DNA of 59,152 nt, counting the filler, from Sphacelaria rigidula (lineage: Eukaryota), in NCBI GenBank assembly GCA_964200075.2. It is 9 parts of 9 records of this genome, joined end to end, with 100 filler letters (N's around TTAATTAATTAA, not from the genome) between each part and the next. Parts side by side here need not be neighbours in the genome. Positions count along the whole stretch, not along the records: positions 46,087 to 52,569 come from CAXNAA020019810.1; positions 52,670 to 59,152 come from CAXNAA020019811.1; 7 more parts are not named here. One strand, written 5' to 3'. Both the position numbers and the translations under genes were made by a program. The notes beneath the pieces were generated by a model, which had not been told where the DNA came from, did not search any database, and saw only the letters and a list, made by a program, of their open reading frames with translations. The first letter of the stretch is position 1; every line of letters starts with the position of its first letter. Of this stretch, positions 46,087 through 59,124 are shown piece by piece.

Positions 46087-49000
46087 ATCTGTGTCCCAAG
46101 CTTCACAGGTGGGCGCTCCGACTCAAGGAGTACGACATGGAACTTCGATGGCAGGAGGGAACTCAACAGGTGTTACCTGACGCTATGTCCCGCCTGCCTC
46201 ATCAACAGGGACCAGGAGATGACATAGACGGCTCATTCCCCGACGATTTTACCGCCAGCACATCCTCGGAAACCGCAAGGTCTTGCGGTCCACAATTAGA
46301 CGGAAAACGGTTGTCAGAATTGTCACCTTTTGATGTCACGGGAGAAGGCAAGATTATAGATGAGGCGAGATACGTAAGCACCTCGCGATCGCTCCCGTCC
46401 GCTGACTGCGCGTCGATAGAAGACGAATCACCCCGTCGTTCCCCCAGAACTCGCCGTCCGTCCGTACGCTTGCAGTTCCCAGGCGCTGCTCGCATACATT
46501 CCGTGCCCACAGATGTTCAGATGAACCTTCAGCCGTCGGTAGGTATCACAACTATTGAAGCCCCAACGAGGGAGCCTACTCCCATCACCCCTGCTCCAGT
46601 CAGTGAGAGGCCGGAGGTGGAAGAGGTGCTCATCGCCGGGGGGGACAAACCCTCGTCTACGGTGAAAACTGCAGTAGACACGTCGGCATTCAAGAGGGCG
46701 ATCCAGATGTTGACAAACGCATCCGCGCTGAAACGCGCACAGGAGGAGGACCCGTTCCTGGGGCAGGTGAGATCGATACTAAAGGGAGAGGAGGAACACT
46801 GTATGAAGGGCAAGGATGGCAAGAGGCGACGAGTGCAGACGAGGTGCAGGGGGGAAAGAAGGTACCCAATACGAGCGATGCAGACTGCGAGAGTACGGTG
46901 AGTACAGACGAGGTGCAGCGGGAAAAGGAGGTGCACAATACGAGTGATGCAGACTGCGAGATTGTGGCGAGTGCCGACGAGGTACCAGAGGAACCCAGTA
47001 CGGAAAATGATGTCAGGATTAGGGTGAGTGACGACGTTGCACACCAATACAGTCTGGACGATCAAGGTGTGGCGTGGCTAACGAAGGACACTAAAAAAAA
47101 CGTTGCTAGCCATCCCCTCGGTTATGGTACCTGACATCTTGGCGTTGGTACACTCCCTACATGGTCATATCGGAGTAGGAGCCACGCTGTCTTTGATGCG
47201 AGATCGCTTTTTCCGGCCGTCAGTTGTAAAGGATACCAGACTATGCGTGTTATCTTGCAGCTGTAGAAGGAGGAAGAGGTCGAATAGCTGTAAGATTGCA
47301 ATGACACCGGGACGAGCCGTAGAACCATGGGAAGAGTTGGAGATGGACCTGCTGAGTATAGACACTGCATCGCTTACGAACAACAAGTACATTATTTTGA
47401 TCGTAGACCGAGCCTCCAATTTTCCCTTCGGCTTCCCACTTCAAACGAAGCAGGCTGAAAGTATAGCTCGCATCCTTGCTGAACTCTGGTTGACATTCGG
47501 CGTCCCCCGCAAAATCCGCTGTGATGGAGGAAAGGAATTTAGAGCTGAGGTGGTGACACACCTGTGCAGGTGGCTGAAAAGCAGACATTGCTTTTGGGCC
47601 CTCCGACCACCCCAGAAACCAAGGAGCAGTCGAGAGGCTGGGGGGGTGGCTACTAGACATGCTAGCAGAGCTGTGTAGGCCGTGGCCCCAGAGATGGGAC
47701 GAGTACGTCTCCCCAGCGCTCTAGATCAAGCGTACCTTGCCAGACATTCCCCTTCCCGCAGACATGTTCCCGTTTGAGCTTTTGTTCGGTCGTGAACCCC
47801 GCACCTCTCTAGATTCGCTCATTCCCCTGAACCAGGAGAAGGAATCAAGTAGCGGTCTGGATGCCTTCGTGGAGCAACGTAGACAAAACCTCAAGGACGT
47901 ACGTCTAGCTCTTCACAAAAGACACGCCGCAAAAGCATTGACTCGTGCGAAGATGAACGCCTCAATTTTGAGACCTTCTCCCGGAGTGGCGGCGAGAGAA
48001 GGGGATCTGGTCATGGTATGCGAATCGGACAGCAAGATACATCGGGACGGTAAGGGTAGAAAACTGCAACACGAAAGGTACACGCGGCCCTGGAGAGTGA
48101 AGGAAGTGCTGATGACCGGCCTCAGTGTAGAGGTAGTCATGCAGGGGCGCAAACGTCGTACACGTAGAGTAGCAGTCTCTGACGTGAAACCCTTCCATGT
48201 TCGCCCACCGCATGTCAGGCACTCGATAGCCGACGAGTTCGCTCAATACGTATGGGGTTCAGATTGCACATCCAACACTACTCCTCCCCAAACTCACGAG
48301 TTCGTCACTTTGGTGGACTGCCGAGAGATCTACTCCATAACCGGCACGGAACAATGGGAACACGAGGCCAGGTCGTTGGAGGGGAAGATGTCAGACTGGT
48401 TGCCAGAGAGCCAGCTCTGAAACAGCCTTTCCCCTTTGGAAGTAGACGCTTTCCACGCACTTTGGCACCTGTACAACCCCGTAGTTGCACACAATCCGCC
48501 CCCGCACTCCAAGAAGCACCCTGCTCCCCTGTAGCGCAGTGATGCCTTGAAGCTTTTCCCAATAGGTGATACTTTCTGGAAAGACTTTCGAGGTCTTAAG
48601 GTCAAGGGTCAGGTATATGACTACGGGAGTCGCTTTTGGCGAGTACGATACGAGGACGGAGACTGGGAGGAGCTATCCCGCCAGGAAGTAGACCGCTTAA
48701 CGCGGGAAAAAAGACCCCGACTTTAGACTGGAGTGGGAATGTCTAGGAATAGTCGGTATATGAAATGGTACAGGATATCATTGCACAGGGAAGGGGGTTG
48801 TAAAATAAGCAAGAAGAAGTGTTAGTACCGTACTCTTCAGTGTTAATTGCGATTGTGCCTGTTTTCTATTTTTTTTGTCGTTCCTTGGCCTTGTCTGGTT
48901 CCCATTTTGTTACATGTCAATACATTTATGAATCAAGGCGCATGGGCTCTATTTTTCGTAGCATAAACATCAGTAGTTACAGGAAAGCACTTCCCAATAG

Positions 49001-49491
49001 CTGCACGCCTGTAACTATTGATAAGTTCGTCGAAAGGTTGTTTTTAGCGAATCCAACTTGAGTTGGATGTGGTTAAAGCCCCGCACTACCCAGGAATTCA
49101 GTGCAACTGATCTAGGGTGTCGACGCGCGATGAAGCTAATTAGCTAATCGTTCTCCAGTCTAACTGAGATCCGGGGAAAACGACGGCGATCGCACTTGTC
49201 TGCGGTTTCTATCGATTGGAAAAGGCGCTAGAGATTATTTTCCTTTCCTAACGGATAGGGTTTCCCCCGTCTAACGGGGTTTACCTATCTATTAGATACC
49301 GAATTGTTTCCTGCGACATTAGTGGCAGGTTATTCTCGTTTCCTTATTTCAGGTGTTGATGCACAGGCTTCGTTTCCCACATTTCTTTCGCTTAGCCTTA
49401 TTAAACGGCTGGGGGGATGTTCCGGATTTATCGGTTATGGTCCAGTCGAGTAGATTCTATATGTCATACTCTTGCGTTGTCTAGCCCGACA
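46087..49491 (+). mobile_element. Ty3/gypsy LTR retrotransposon, 3' part (RNase H end, integrase, chromo-like and Tudor-like domains, PPT, 3' LTR about 48740-49491)
   Basis: RWALRLKEYDMELRWQEGTQQVLPDAMSRLP; HSLHGHIG..CSC zinc finger; PWEELEMDLL..IVDRASNF..FGVPRKIRCDGGKEF..GAVER core; PFELLFGREPR. GGAGTGGGAA is followed by TGTC...GACA. Several frameshifts and stops are present. Confidence 0.92.
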
Positions 49492-50599
49492 GGTCATGGG
49501 CCATTCTGAGTCTGATTGATTTCGACAGTGCCCCCTACTCGGGCACAAGTCTTTTGGGAACTTGTCTCAACGCGCGATTAGCAGCTACTAGCCGGTTGCC
49601 AATAATACAAGAAGCATCAACACTATCACGAACTGCTATCTCAGAGGAATCTTTGGTCTTCACAAATGTAAGCCCGCATTGCACGCAAGACATGGGTTTT
49701 GTCTCCGGCGTGAACCATGGGCATGGCGCCTGGTCATTGGTGTGTGGGTTGACTCCCCACATGGTAAATCGAGCTCAATGGCTTCGATACTAATGATTGT
49801 GTTTGGGCCCGCTAGCCTGGTGCCCACTGAACTGGCACCACTCCCACCTAAGTGGTAAGTATTGAACCATGACATGGTGTCCAACCGTGCTTGTGTAGAG
49901 TCAACACTGGCATGCTCCGACCACACACTTTCGGAGGGGAGGGTTTTCTGGCGTGTGGGTCGGATGAGGTAAAATGTTACTTCGTTTTTGTAGAGTAAAT
50001 AGTGTGCCTGTTCACAAATTGTAGTTTCCACAGCGTATCTTACGTGCAACATCTATTAGCATGTAGTAGACAGTGCTTTTGAAGTTTACCACTCAGTGTC
50101 ACTGGGATCTTTGAAGAGCATGTACAGTGAGCGTACTATGAGGGTACGCTGCTTCGGCTCTTCGCACTCTTTCGCTCTGTCGTCTACTTACCATTCGTTC
50201 GTTAAGCATAACAAGTTGAGCATGGTCTATGTAGTTTGTTCCTGTCCCGTGGTACCCTCTGTTCCTCCCAGGTTTTGCCCCGTGGGTGCCCTGTGCTTCG
50301 TCTTTCACGGGGCAAAACCGTACTCATGCGCAAACAGATCATCGGGTGGTCAGAACCAGTTTCTCAACAGTGTCGCGCCCTACGATATGACGGAGGGAAC
50401 CCGATGTTCCAAGCACAATGACCTGAGCCGATATATAATTGAATGAAAGGCAAATACGGTCGGTACGAGCATCTGTACGAGCATCATCAGGAGGTGCTAC
50501 AATTTTTCATCCCGGCGGACTCGTCATTTTACTTCGGGCTGCATGATGGAGACGGCTACTCTTCAGGGCTTCTGAGGGCTGCTGTTACACATGGCCGTG

Positions 50600-50921
50600 G
50601 GGTCTATCCATGCTGCTGTGGTGTCTTCGCCACACGGCTGTGTTGTTGCTCTGTGCTGTTGCTCGTCGCTGCCGCGCCGCTGCTGTGTGTTGCTGCTGCC
50701 CGCCACACGGCTGTGCTGTTGTTTTGTGCTGTTACTCGCGCTGCCGTACCGCCGTTGCGCTGTTGTTTGTTGAAGCCGTGCCGGTGTTACGTTGCCCTTA
50801 TTGCGGTGCTGCTGCTGCTCGACGCACTGGTGTGCTGCTGCTGCCTGCCGTCGTTGTGTTTCGTACGCGCGGCTGTGTTATCGTTACTGTTTCTGAATGC
50901 TTCCGCTGCCTTCGTTGTTTC

Positions 50922-50979
<58 letters not shown>

Positions 50980-51180
50980 GCTGTTGCTGTTGCTGTCTGC
51001 TGTTGCTGTCTGCTGTTGCTGTTGCTGTCTGCTGTTGCTGTCTGCTGTTGCTGTCTGCTGTTGCTGTCTGCTGCTGCTGCTATGTTGTCGTCGCTGCTGC
51101 TGCTGTGTTGCTGCTGCTGTCGTTGATATTGCTTCTGCTGCTGCTGCTGTTTCTACCGTGCTTTCTGCTATCCTGGTTTG
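50600..51180. repeat. (GTT)n/(GCT)n microsatellite and low-complexity region (poly-Q-like on minus strand)
   Basis: A pure (GTT)n run at about 50922-50980 is flanked by GCTGTT/GCTGTCT-type repeats. Confidence 0.92.
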
Positions 51181-52669
51181 CTGTTGTTATCCCGCTTGTT
51201 GTGTTGTTTTTGCCCCCACCACCTACTGCCGGCTGTACTTTGCTTGCTTGCTATCGCATCGTATGTTGTCATATGCACGCGTATTTCACACTCTCATGTT
51301 CCCATCATTTTGTACCTTGCTCTGATTGGAACGCCCAGTTTTTGTCATTACCGCTGCACCTATCCAGCAATGATCGTGTTCCAGGCATTCTCCAAATTAT
51401 TTCGGCCTTTTTGTTGCATATTGAACTGGGACAATCAACCCACCATGATCAGCACTAGGTGTATTTTGTTTCCGGGGTTGCATTTTTATTGTGGCCATGG
51501 GGATTTGTGCAATGCACGTGCGGTAAAGCTGTCAATTTTTTTCGGTCTTGCTTGTTTTTATTTCATCTTACACATCATATTGTCTGCATCTCCGGGTGTC
51601 ATGTCTACCATAACTTTCTTTTGAGCCACCCGATTGTATTGCGTGTTTTATAATTTTGCGCCGCCGTCGTCTTGCTCTGCAGAGCTGCACGATTTTTCAT
51701 TTCATGTTTTGGTCATTTTGAATTTGGCGACCGTGATATTTTTCCTTTTGATCGTGCGGGTGTAGGCTATCTGCAGGGCCTTGTCGGTTGCGCTGCCTGT
51801 ACTCATATCGTTTCATTTATCTGGTTCGCAAGGCCGAATCGACGAACTTACCGCCCGGCACACGACATTCCGATCTGCGTCACGTGGTATAAAATCGAGC
51901 CATATTTTCACGGACTCCAAGACCTTCAACGCATACTAACCGGACCCTCTATTACTTCCTCCCTTGCTTCACCTATACTCTTGCCTTGGGTGTGTCACAT
52001 CCCGATGAGGGGACCGGCGCTGAACGTGATTGCTTCGGGGAGGACACGCAGAAAACACTGAACGGTTTGCTCATGACGGTATGTTTCGGCGTGGAGTGTC
52101 AGCAACCTGGCTTGGTATAGCTAATCCCGTGTACGTTTTTATAGGATTCTGGTGGCAGGGTTATGGCCTTGGTGTCACTTGACATGATCTCCATTTTATC
52201 CTACTCTGGTGATCGATTGTATGGTTTGCTATTCAACAGGTTGACTTCTTGACGCACCCTGTACCGTAGTTGACTACTACCTTGTCCCTTCCCGATACCG
52301 TAGTTGGATACTACTTTGTTCAGTTGCTGTAAACTTGGCTCTCGATACCATGCAACCACAAATATTTCCATGCAATGTCTTGTCATTACTTATGCAGTAC
52401 GCAGACTTAGTTTCCCTGCTTTATCTTTTTGCCCTTCATGCCCAGCGAACCATGCAAGTTGACTGCGCGACTACATCCCGCGTCTTTGACAGTTCTTACA
52501 GATTCTACATAAAACAACAAATTGTGAGAATTGAGGTTTAACTTTGAGATGAGGTTGAAGCCTGAAACANNNNNNNNNNNNNNNNNNNNNNNNNNNNNNN
52601 NNNNNNNNNNNNNTTAATTAATTAANNNNNNNNNNNNNNNNNNNNNNNNNNNNNNNNNNNNNNNNNNNN

Positions 52670-52965
52670 TTTTCTCACACTTTTAACCCCTCCCCTTCCT
52701 CGGTATAAGTCCGTGGTCTCAAGGGATCAACCCCTCTCTCCCCCGGTACGTGCCTTTCATTTTGGTCTCGTGGATTGGGTCAGCACTCCCGCACTGCGTC
52801 AACTCACGCCACACAATCCCAGTCGGCTACTTTGTTTATTCACGTTCTCACGCTTTCCACGGTGGAAATCATGCATTACGAAGGAAAAACCCACCGCATC
52901 GGGAATCGAATCCCCGTTCTCTCCACCCTAATGGCGACAGTCGGACCATTACACCACCGGGGCGC
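52670..52965 (-). mobile_element. tRNA-derived SINE
   Basis: Minus strand CGCCCCGGTGGTGTAATGG (A-box) ... GGGATTCGATTCCC (B-box), then a body shared with 35812-36150. The end AAAGTGTGAGAAA is also seen at about 6601-6622. Confidence 0.7.
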
Positions 52966-53716
52966 TGTACAAGCAGATCTTGCTCAAATCACAATGCCCA
53001 AATTGGTGTTGTGGGGGCGATGCGGAGTAAAGACCCCGTGTATCAGGAGGATGTTATTGATCGTGAATGGTCCAAGAAACATAGTTTTCCGGCTTCAGCG
53101 CAGTGAATAGGTGGAATTAAAAACAAATAACACTTTTCGAGTATTGACTTCTATGATCGGGATCGAGTCGGTCCACCGAAAATACCGAAAAGCTAGAGCC
53201 TGGGGTGGCACTCGCAGGACCCCCGAAGAACGGCCAAGCCCGTGATTCACTCAATATTGATCGCCGAAGTTTTTTCTTTCGATGATTGTCAAGAGGATAC
53301 ACATATCTTCAGATGTCCATTTTTTGGCTTCCAACAGTCTCTGTGATGAGCAGTGGCAAGCGAAACAAATTTGGAACATCTTCGAGAAACTAATAGGTAA
53401 CGAATTCTGCATACTTCTATCGCTGACTACTGTACTCTAGACGTTGCGGCTTGAGTCTTTGCCCACACCTTGGTAACTGCATTGAAGTCACCTTACGATC
53501 GTGGAGGGGGGTTTGGGCCAATTCCTCCACGAAGATCTCCTTCAAATCGTCGTTGAAAACAGCAAGCGCCTTGATGCTGACGAGACGGGTGGACCTTCTA
53601 CGGTCGACTCCATCAGCGTTAGAGTGAGACTGACCGCCCTAATGTTATCAGAGCGACTGCTCACTACGTGTTTCACACGTACAATATAATGATGTTGCTC
53701 TTGGTCCACCATATAG

Positions 53717-56700
53717 GTTGTTACCAATCTCAGCGTCCTTAGGCCGCACATGACCGGGAAGTTGGAGTCATACTCCATCGAGGATATCATCTTGGGAAAG
53801 GGCGACTTCGGACACGTAAGCATTGTAACGAGCGAGAAGTTTGGTGTTCAATTTCAAGTTAAGCTTTTCGTCTACATGGTGGACTGTTGAGAAGAACGGA
53901 ACGACCTCGGTAGCTAGGTGTTTCCCAAACGCTGCGTAGCTCGTACAAAACATTATCCCAAAAGCTTGCGTTACATTCACGAAGCATCACAGAAGCGCAC
54001 TCTCAAAATGTGCCCACCGCCCTCTTCCCTTTCCCCTTTTTTTCGCGTTCATATATCTGACCACTGAATAGGTGAAGAAAGCCAAGCACGTCAAGTCTGG
54101 CGTCACTGTCGCAATTAAAACAGTATATACAGAGGAATATGAGGTATGCGCAGCATGTGAACTGTTGCAACTTCGTATTCCAAACTCCAGACGTCACCCA
54201 CGGGTGATGAAGCAAGTAGATTGTCAGCCGAAGAAGGTATGCTCCGAGCGAAATCCTTCCCTCTTGAAGCACTGCTGCAGTTGTATGTCCATCGCACTGA
54301 CACATCTTCCGGAATACCATCTATATCCCTCGTGGCCGTGAAATAGGTGAACATAAGTGTTGAATGTTCGAGGTGTTTTAGACACTTGGCTCAGAGACCG
54401 ACAAACGAATATCCTTCAAAAACTGTGTGAATATTTCTCCACCATTATGTCCTGGTACAAACGCTTATCGCCTACCACGTTGCGGGCAGATCGATGAGAA
54501 GGAGGAGCTAGAGGAGGTGAAGATGATGAGGAGGCTCTCCCACCCGAGCATCATTGGCTTTGCGGAGGTCATTGAGGTATAAACTCGCCGTAAACGTCCC
54601 ACATGCAAGTGGTCCACACCTGGGAGATTGTTACGAGTGTTTCTCGCACGTGCTTCTCTGTCTCCTCCTCACTTAACATGGTGACGAGATCGAGTCTTGT
54701 CCTACAGGTTCATAGTGCTGTTGGTGATACCAAGCCTTGAACTATTGATGATGCATGCGAGTTGAATAGATGATTCGCTGCCCTCCGCTCTCCGCTCGGG
54801 ATCCGTTCCTTCCGATCACCTGTTGTACGTATCATGCATTGGCGCATGGAAATATAAATATTCTTCGCCTCACAAAAACCTTTTGGCAGAGGCATGAAGC
54901 AATGCCCCGGTAGGGGTACACGTTTTGCGCAAACTCTTGTCTGGTTCAGGGGCTCCTCAGGATTCTAGATTGCACGAGGATAGGGATCAGGGCATCCCCG
55001 TTTGCAATTCATTCGGGAAATCTCTAGCACATTAAAATAGTAATCCTGGCGTACCCTCACATATCTCGTAAGTGGTGCTTTGGATGAGATACAGGGCTCC
55101 TGACAATTCAAACCTCAGGATATTTTTCTGCACCCCTACCGTAGCATCGTTCCATGCGTGATGCCATATTTCGCGCAAACAACATCTTCTCACGACATGT
55201 TTTTATTTCACTCTTCTGGGGAGATGTTCACCCTTCCACCAACGTTACCAACAGCTTCGCAGTGATTGTGTTTAAAACTCTCTGCTAAATTTTCTGCGCG
55301 CTAAGCATCTGATGAAAAAGTAGTGATATTATTTGAACGAAGATAGTGTTCCAGGACATATTTCAAAGTCGTGTCCCGACGTAGCGACGAGGACATCACA
55401 TAAGTCGTCTCCACTACGCACTTGCCCGATTTGACAAAGGAAAATACACCCCAGGATGGACTTCAGTGTCATATTGTCATGGAACTTGGCACGGGTGGCA
55501 CACTGATGAGCTTCTTCAAGAGCCGGGAGCGTGTATCGGAGGGAAAAATCAAGAGTCTCTTCCGGCAGCTCGTAGGAGGAGTGAGTATGCCCTGCGAATT
55601 AACACTCGTTTGCGTACTCCGGCTGTTCAACGTAACACGAAGATGGCGGAACGGCGATCTCTATTTCTGTCACGGAGCTCTTCAGCTGTGTGATGTTCAC
55701 GATTGAGGTGTCAAGGCAAAGGGGCATTGCTATAAATAGGGAGACAGAGCACACGGGTGTGAGTTCTCAGTCCATTGTCTTGTGTTGCGAGCAGCTACGC
55801 GCAGGTCGAACAAGTACTCCCATCCCCTGACCGATTGTCGAGCGTAGGGTGCGCATCTCTGGGTAAGTCAAAGCCCCCTTGCACGGCGACAAGTGGGTAA
55901 CGTGCAGAATCGCGCTATGTGGCATCATAATGATTCAGTGACGATACGCTGTTGGGCCTGGTTTCATGCTCAAAACGTCCGATCGATACCCATTTACTCT
56001 TACATGGACAAATCGACAGGTGGCGCACATGCACGCCAAAGATACGATCCACGGCGACTTGAAACTCTCCAACGCCGTGCTGGATGTTACCTTTACTCGC
56101 GTGAAAATTATTGATTTTGGCCAGAGCAGGGCATCTTTGCATCCTCAGACCGGCCGGTGTGGTGAGTAACCATTGCTTTCTGCCTAGCGACAGAGCAGCA
56201 CTTACACAATTCATTCTACAGTGAGAAGGCCCAAAATTCCATATGTAAATTGATCGTCGCAACATAGCTGATTCCTCACGGATCCAGCCGTGGTCACCCG
56301 GTAGAAGGAACAGTCCCAGCGCTTCCCATGTGAACCCCTACCGTAATACTAGCCTTGTCCAACGCCCCTAGGCTTTACGGAGCGGACGGGATGTGGTGCT
56401 ATCGACGTGTGTTATATCCGTTCAAGTGAGGTGATGGTACAAAATAGCTTGTGAGACAACATGGCGAGGTTAGAACCCGATGCACGAGTGTTAGGTATGG
56501 CCAACTGTTGCCCATTCACAATGGGACGTAACGTTACCGCCCACAGACATCCACTACAGTGCACGGTGCTAATGATATTTTCGAACGATCTGCGTTAATT
56601 GATTCGTTACGAATTCAGGCGGGGTCACAAGATTTGGGTACCCAAGGTGAATTCAGTTGACGGAAGTGCTCGGTGACCGAAACTGGAGAAAGGGGCAAAA

Positions 56701-58088
56701 AACAAATGAAATGAAGATAAAGCAAACTGAAAAAAAAAGAGAAAAATGAACAGCAAATATTTAATGTTGTTACAGGAACCTCCATCACGTGCCCTACATT
56801 ATTGTGCATAGTTCCAGTGGTGCTGGCACGTCTCACCGTCACGTCCCACTGGCATCTTGAACCACGTCGCACTGGCACCTCAGGAGGCGATGGGCACGTA
56901 TCACAATCATCTCAGGTACAACGGCACGTTACACGGGTACCTGCCTAGGTTTCGTAATTTTTATCCCCAGTCCTCAACCCTACCGCCAGTCGAAACGACT
57001 CCAAACCCTTTGACCGTAATGCGTGGGAGGACCACGTGCTTGAGAGACCGCATCACAGTTCAAAACACCTCAGGACCGACGTTTTTCAAAACCGATCGAG
57101 CCAGTCCCTGCAGGGACCACGCCCCTGACCCTAGCCCCACCACTAACCCCACGCATTTCAGGATCGTCACACAGTTTTTGAATGTTGCATTTGCTACTTG
57201 TCACCACATTTTCCTACCCATGAGGTGCCAGTGCCATGTACATAGATACCTCCTAGGCACCACGATGACATGCGTCGCCGGTGCGTACCACAGACACCTC
57301 TTAGACACCGCAATTACACTCTCTGCCGGCAAGTTCCAGGTGCCACGGGCACTATACACAATGATGGATGATTATGAAACTTCGAATTTTGCCGTGCGTT
57401 TTAAAGATGGCCAAATGTGTGTGTTTGGTTTCGGGAGAACAAATCGCGTGTATTTCTGCGCCGAGGCTGCGATGGATCCACTGAACAGGGTCGCCGTACC
57501 ACAACCCACCTGCTAGTGCAAAACGTGCCGTTCAGGTGCAGAATGTTCCCCGTTTGGAATGATAAAGGTACCCATTCACCGATCGTTTCCTACGTTTGGA
57601 GACAATCACGTTGCGGTGCGGGACAAGTTTATTCCGGTTGCCCAAAAAGTTCACATTTCCAGTACTCTCCGCACACCCAGCGGGCTCGTACCTCTTTTCA
57701 GTTTTAATATGGCCATGAGAGATTGTTGTCAGGTCCCAAGATGGTCACGCAAGAGTTGCTTTGTCGAAATTGCACTCGGTTGTAAGTTGGCCCGGTGAGT
57801 GTTTCATCATTGCCGTTCTGTGCAGAGATGACCACGTGAGTGTACCGGATTCAAAGACGACCATTCGAGAGTTTGGATTGCACGTGAAACGCCTTGACTG
57901 CAACAAGTTTAGTCGTGCAAACTTCTTTCATCCTAAAATGTCACTTCCACGGTATCGTTCCAAATCTCAACAGGCACACTCAAGTATCAGCCTCCTGAGA
58001 TCGTCGATCCCAAGATGCGTCGAAACGGATATGGATGCCCCATCGACATTTGGGGCCTCGGCGTGTGTTTACATATGATGCTGGGTTG
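53717..58088 (+). CDS. Ser/Thr protein kinase (CAMK-like, non-RD), multi-exon, partial
   Basis: Exons 53717-53815, 54072-54143, 54490-54576, 55455-55580, 56020-56161 and 57974-58088 splice in frame: LGKGDFGH|VKKAKH..VAIK..|..EEVKMMRRLSHPSII..|..IVMELGTGGTL..|..IHGDLKLSN..KIIDFG..RC|GTLKYQPPE..DIWGLGV. A probable upstream exon ends at 53623. The C-terminal exons were not resolved. Confidence 0.9.
54901..55148. mobile_element. MITE in kinase intron
   Basis: CGGTAGGGGTACA (54908) and TGCACCCCTACCG (to 55141) form an inverted pair; same family as 13014-13068. Confidence 0.65.
57015..57150 (-). mobile_element. Truncated second copy of the telomere-repeat-containing MITE
   Basis: Matches the reverse complement of about 2990-3124 (GTAATGCGTG.GAGGACC.CGTGCTT...CCAGTCCCTGCAGGGACCACGC). 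It stops within the CCCTAA-like tract. Confidence 0.8.
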
Positions 58089-59085
58089 GTGAGCAGAACT
58101 GTTGAAAAGCTAAGCGGGTGTGCGTCTGTGGTTGGCAAAGGGGAGGGGCGCAAGGTGGAGTAATGGTGGTGATACGAGTAGAAGAGAAGCTTTCAATGAG
58201 TTCCAACGACGTAGGAAGCCAAAACCGGCATAGACCTCGGTATGAGTAAACAATCAGCGATATATCACACAACGCTTTCTTCGCATCATCTATATTTTCA
58301 TCGCTTTACACCCAAACTCAATATTAACAGTTGGTCGAGTTTTTCCCTCCTTTCACAGGTCAGCTACCTGCGGCGTATCACGTATGCAAGTGAAGACCCT
58401 ATTCACCCCTCATTCAACACCTCATGAGTTGCTATTTTTGAGCCAAACAACATGGGAACGGCCCAGAGAGTAGGTTGCTTTGCTGTTGACCAGGGGTGGG
58501 TTAGTACCAAATGGTCAAGGGATGCCGGGATTGCTATGACTGCCATGCCCTGTCGTCTGCTGCACGTTTCTCTCTAGATTCTCACTATGGCTCCCCGCTT
58601 CCTTCTTCCTTGTGCTTTTCTCTTTCACACGTTCTTAGCGTGCACGTTTGCCTGCGTGTCTTCACGTCAGCTTCAATGCTTGAAGCCTTCCGCCTCCTGC
58701 GGACCTCACATTATTGCGTCGCAAACCTCCTCTCTTGCCTTGCCTGTTGCAACAACCCCTGTGCCCCTTCTGGGGGCTTGTAGAGATTTCCCTGCGCACC
58801 GTTTCTCGTCGGCCATCTTGTGGGGTTATAAGTGTACCATATTTGTATCTATCTTCCTATGTGTTCCTAGTTATTTTGTCCGAGGTTTATTATCGAACGA
58901 GTGTTGTTGCAGTTCAGTTACCTTGGCTATATTTGTTTACCGTCAGACCACGGCTAGACTCGTGGAAGATCGCCTGTCGATTGTCAGACAGCCCGCCGAT
59001 GAAACAGTCAACAATCTCTCAAGCTCCTCCCATGCATTTTTGGTACATGAGCGCTGTGATTCCCGCATCTTCTCACGTACCCCCC

Positions 59086-59124
<39 letters not shown>

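Noticed and set aside
50443..51458. Long Cys/Leu/Val-rich plus-strand ORFs
   Set aside because: They are products of the GTT/GCT microsatellite, which lacks stops in these frames.
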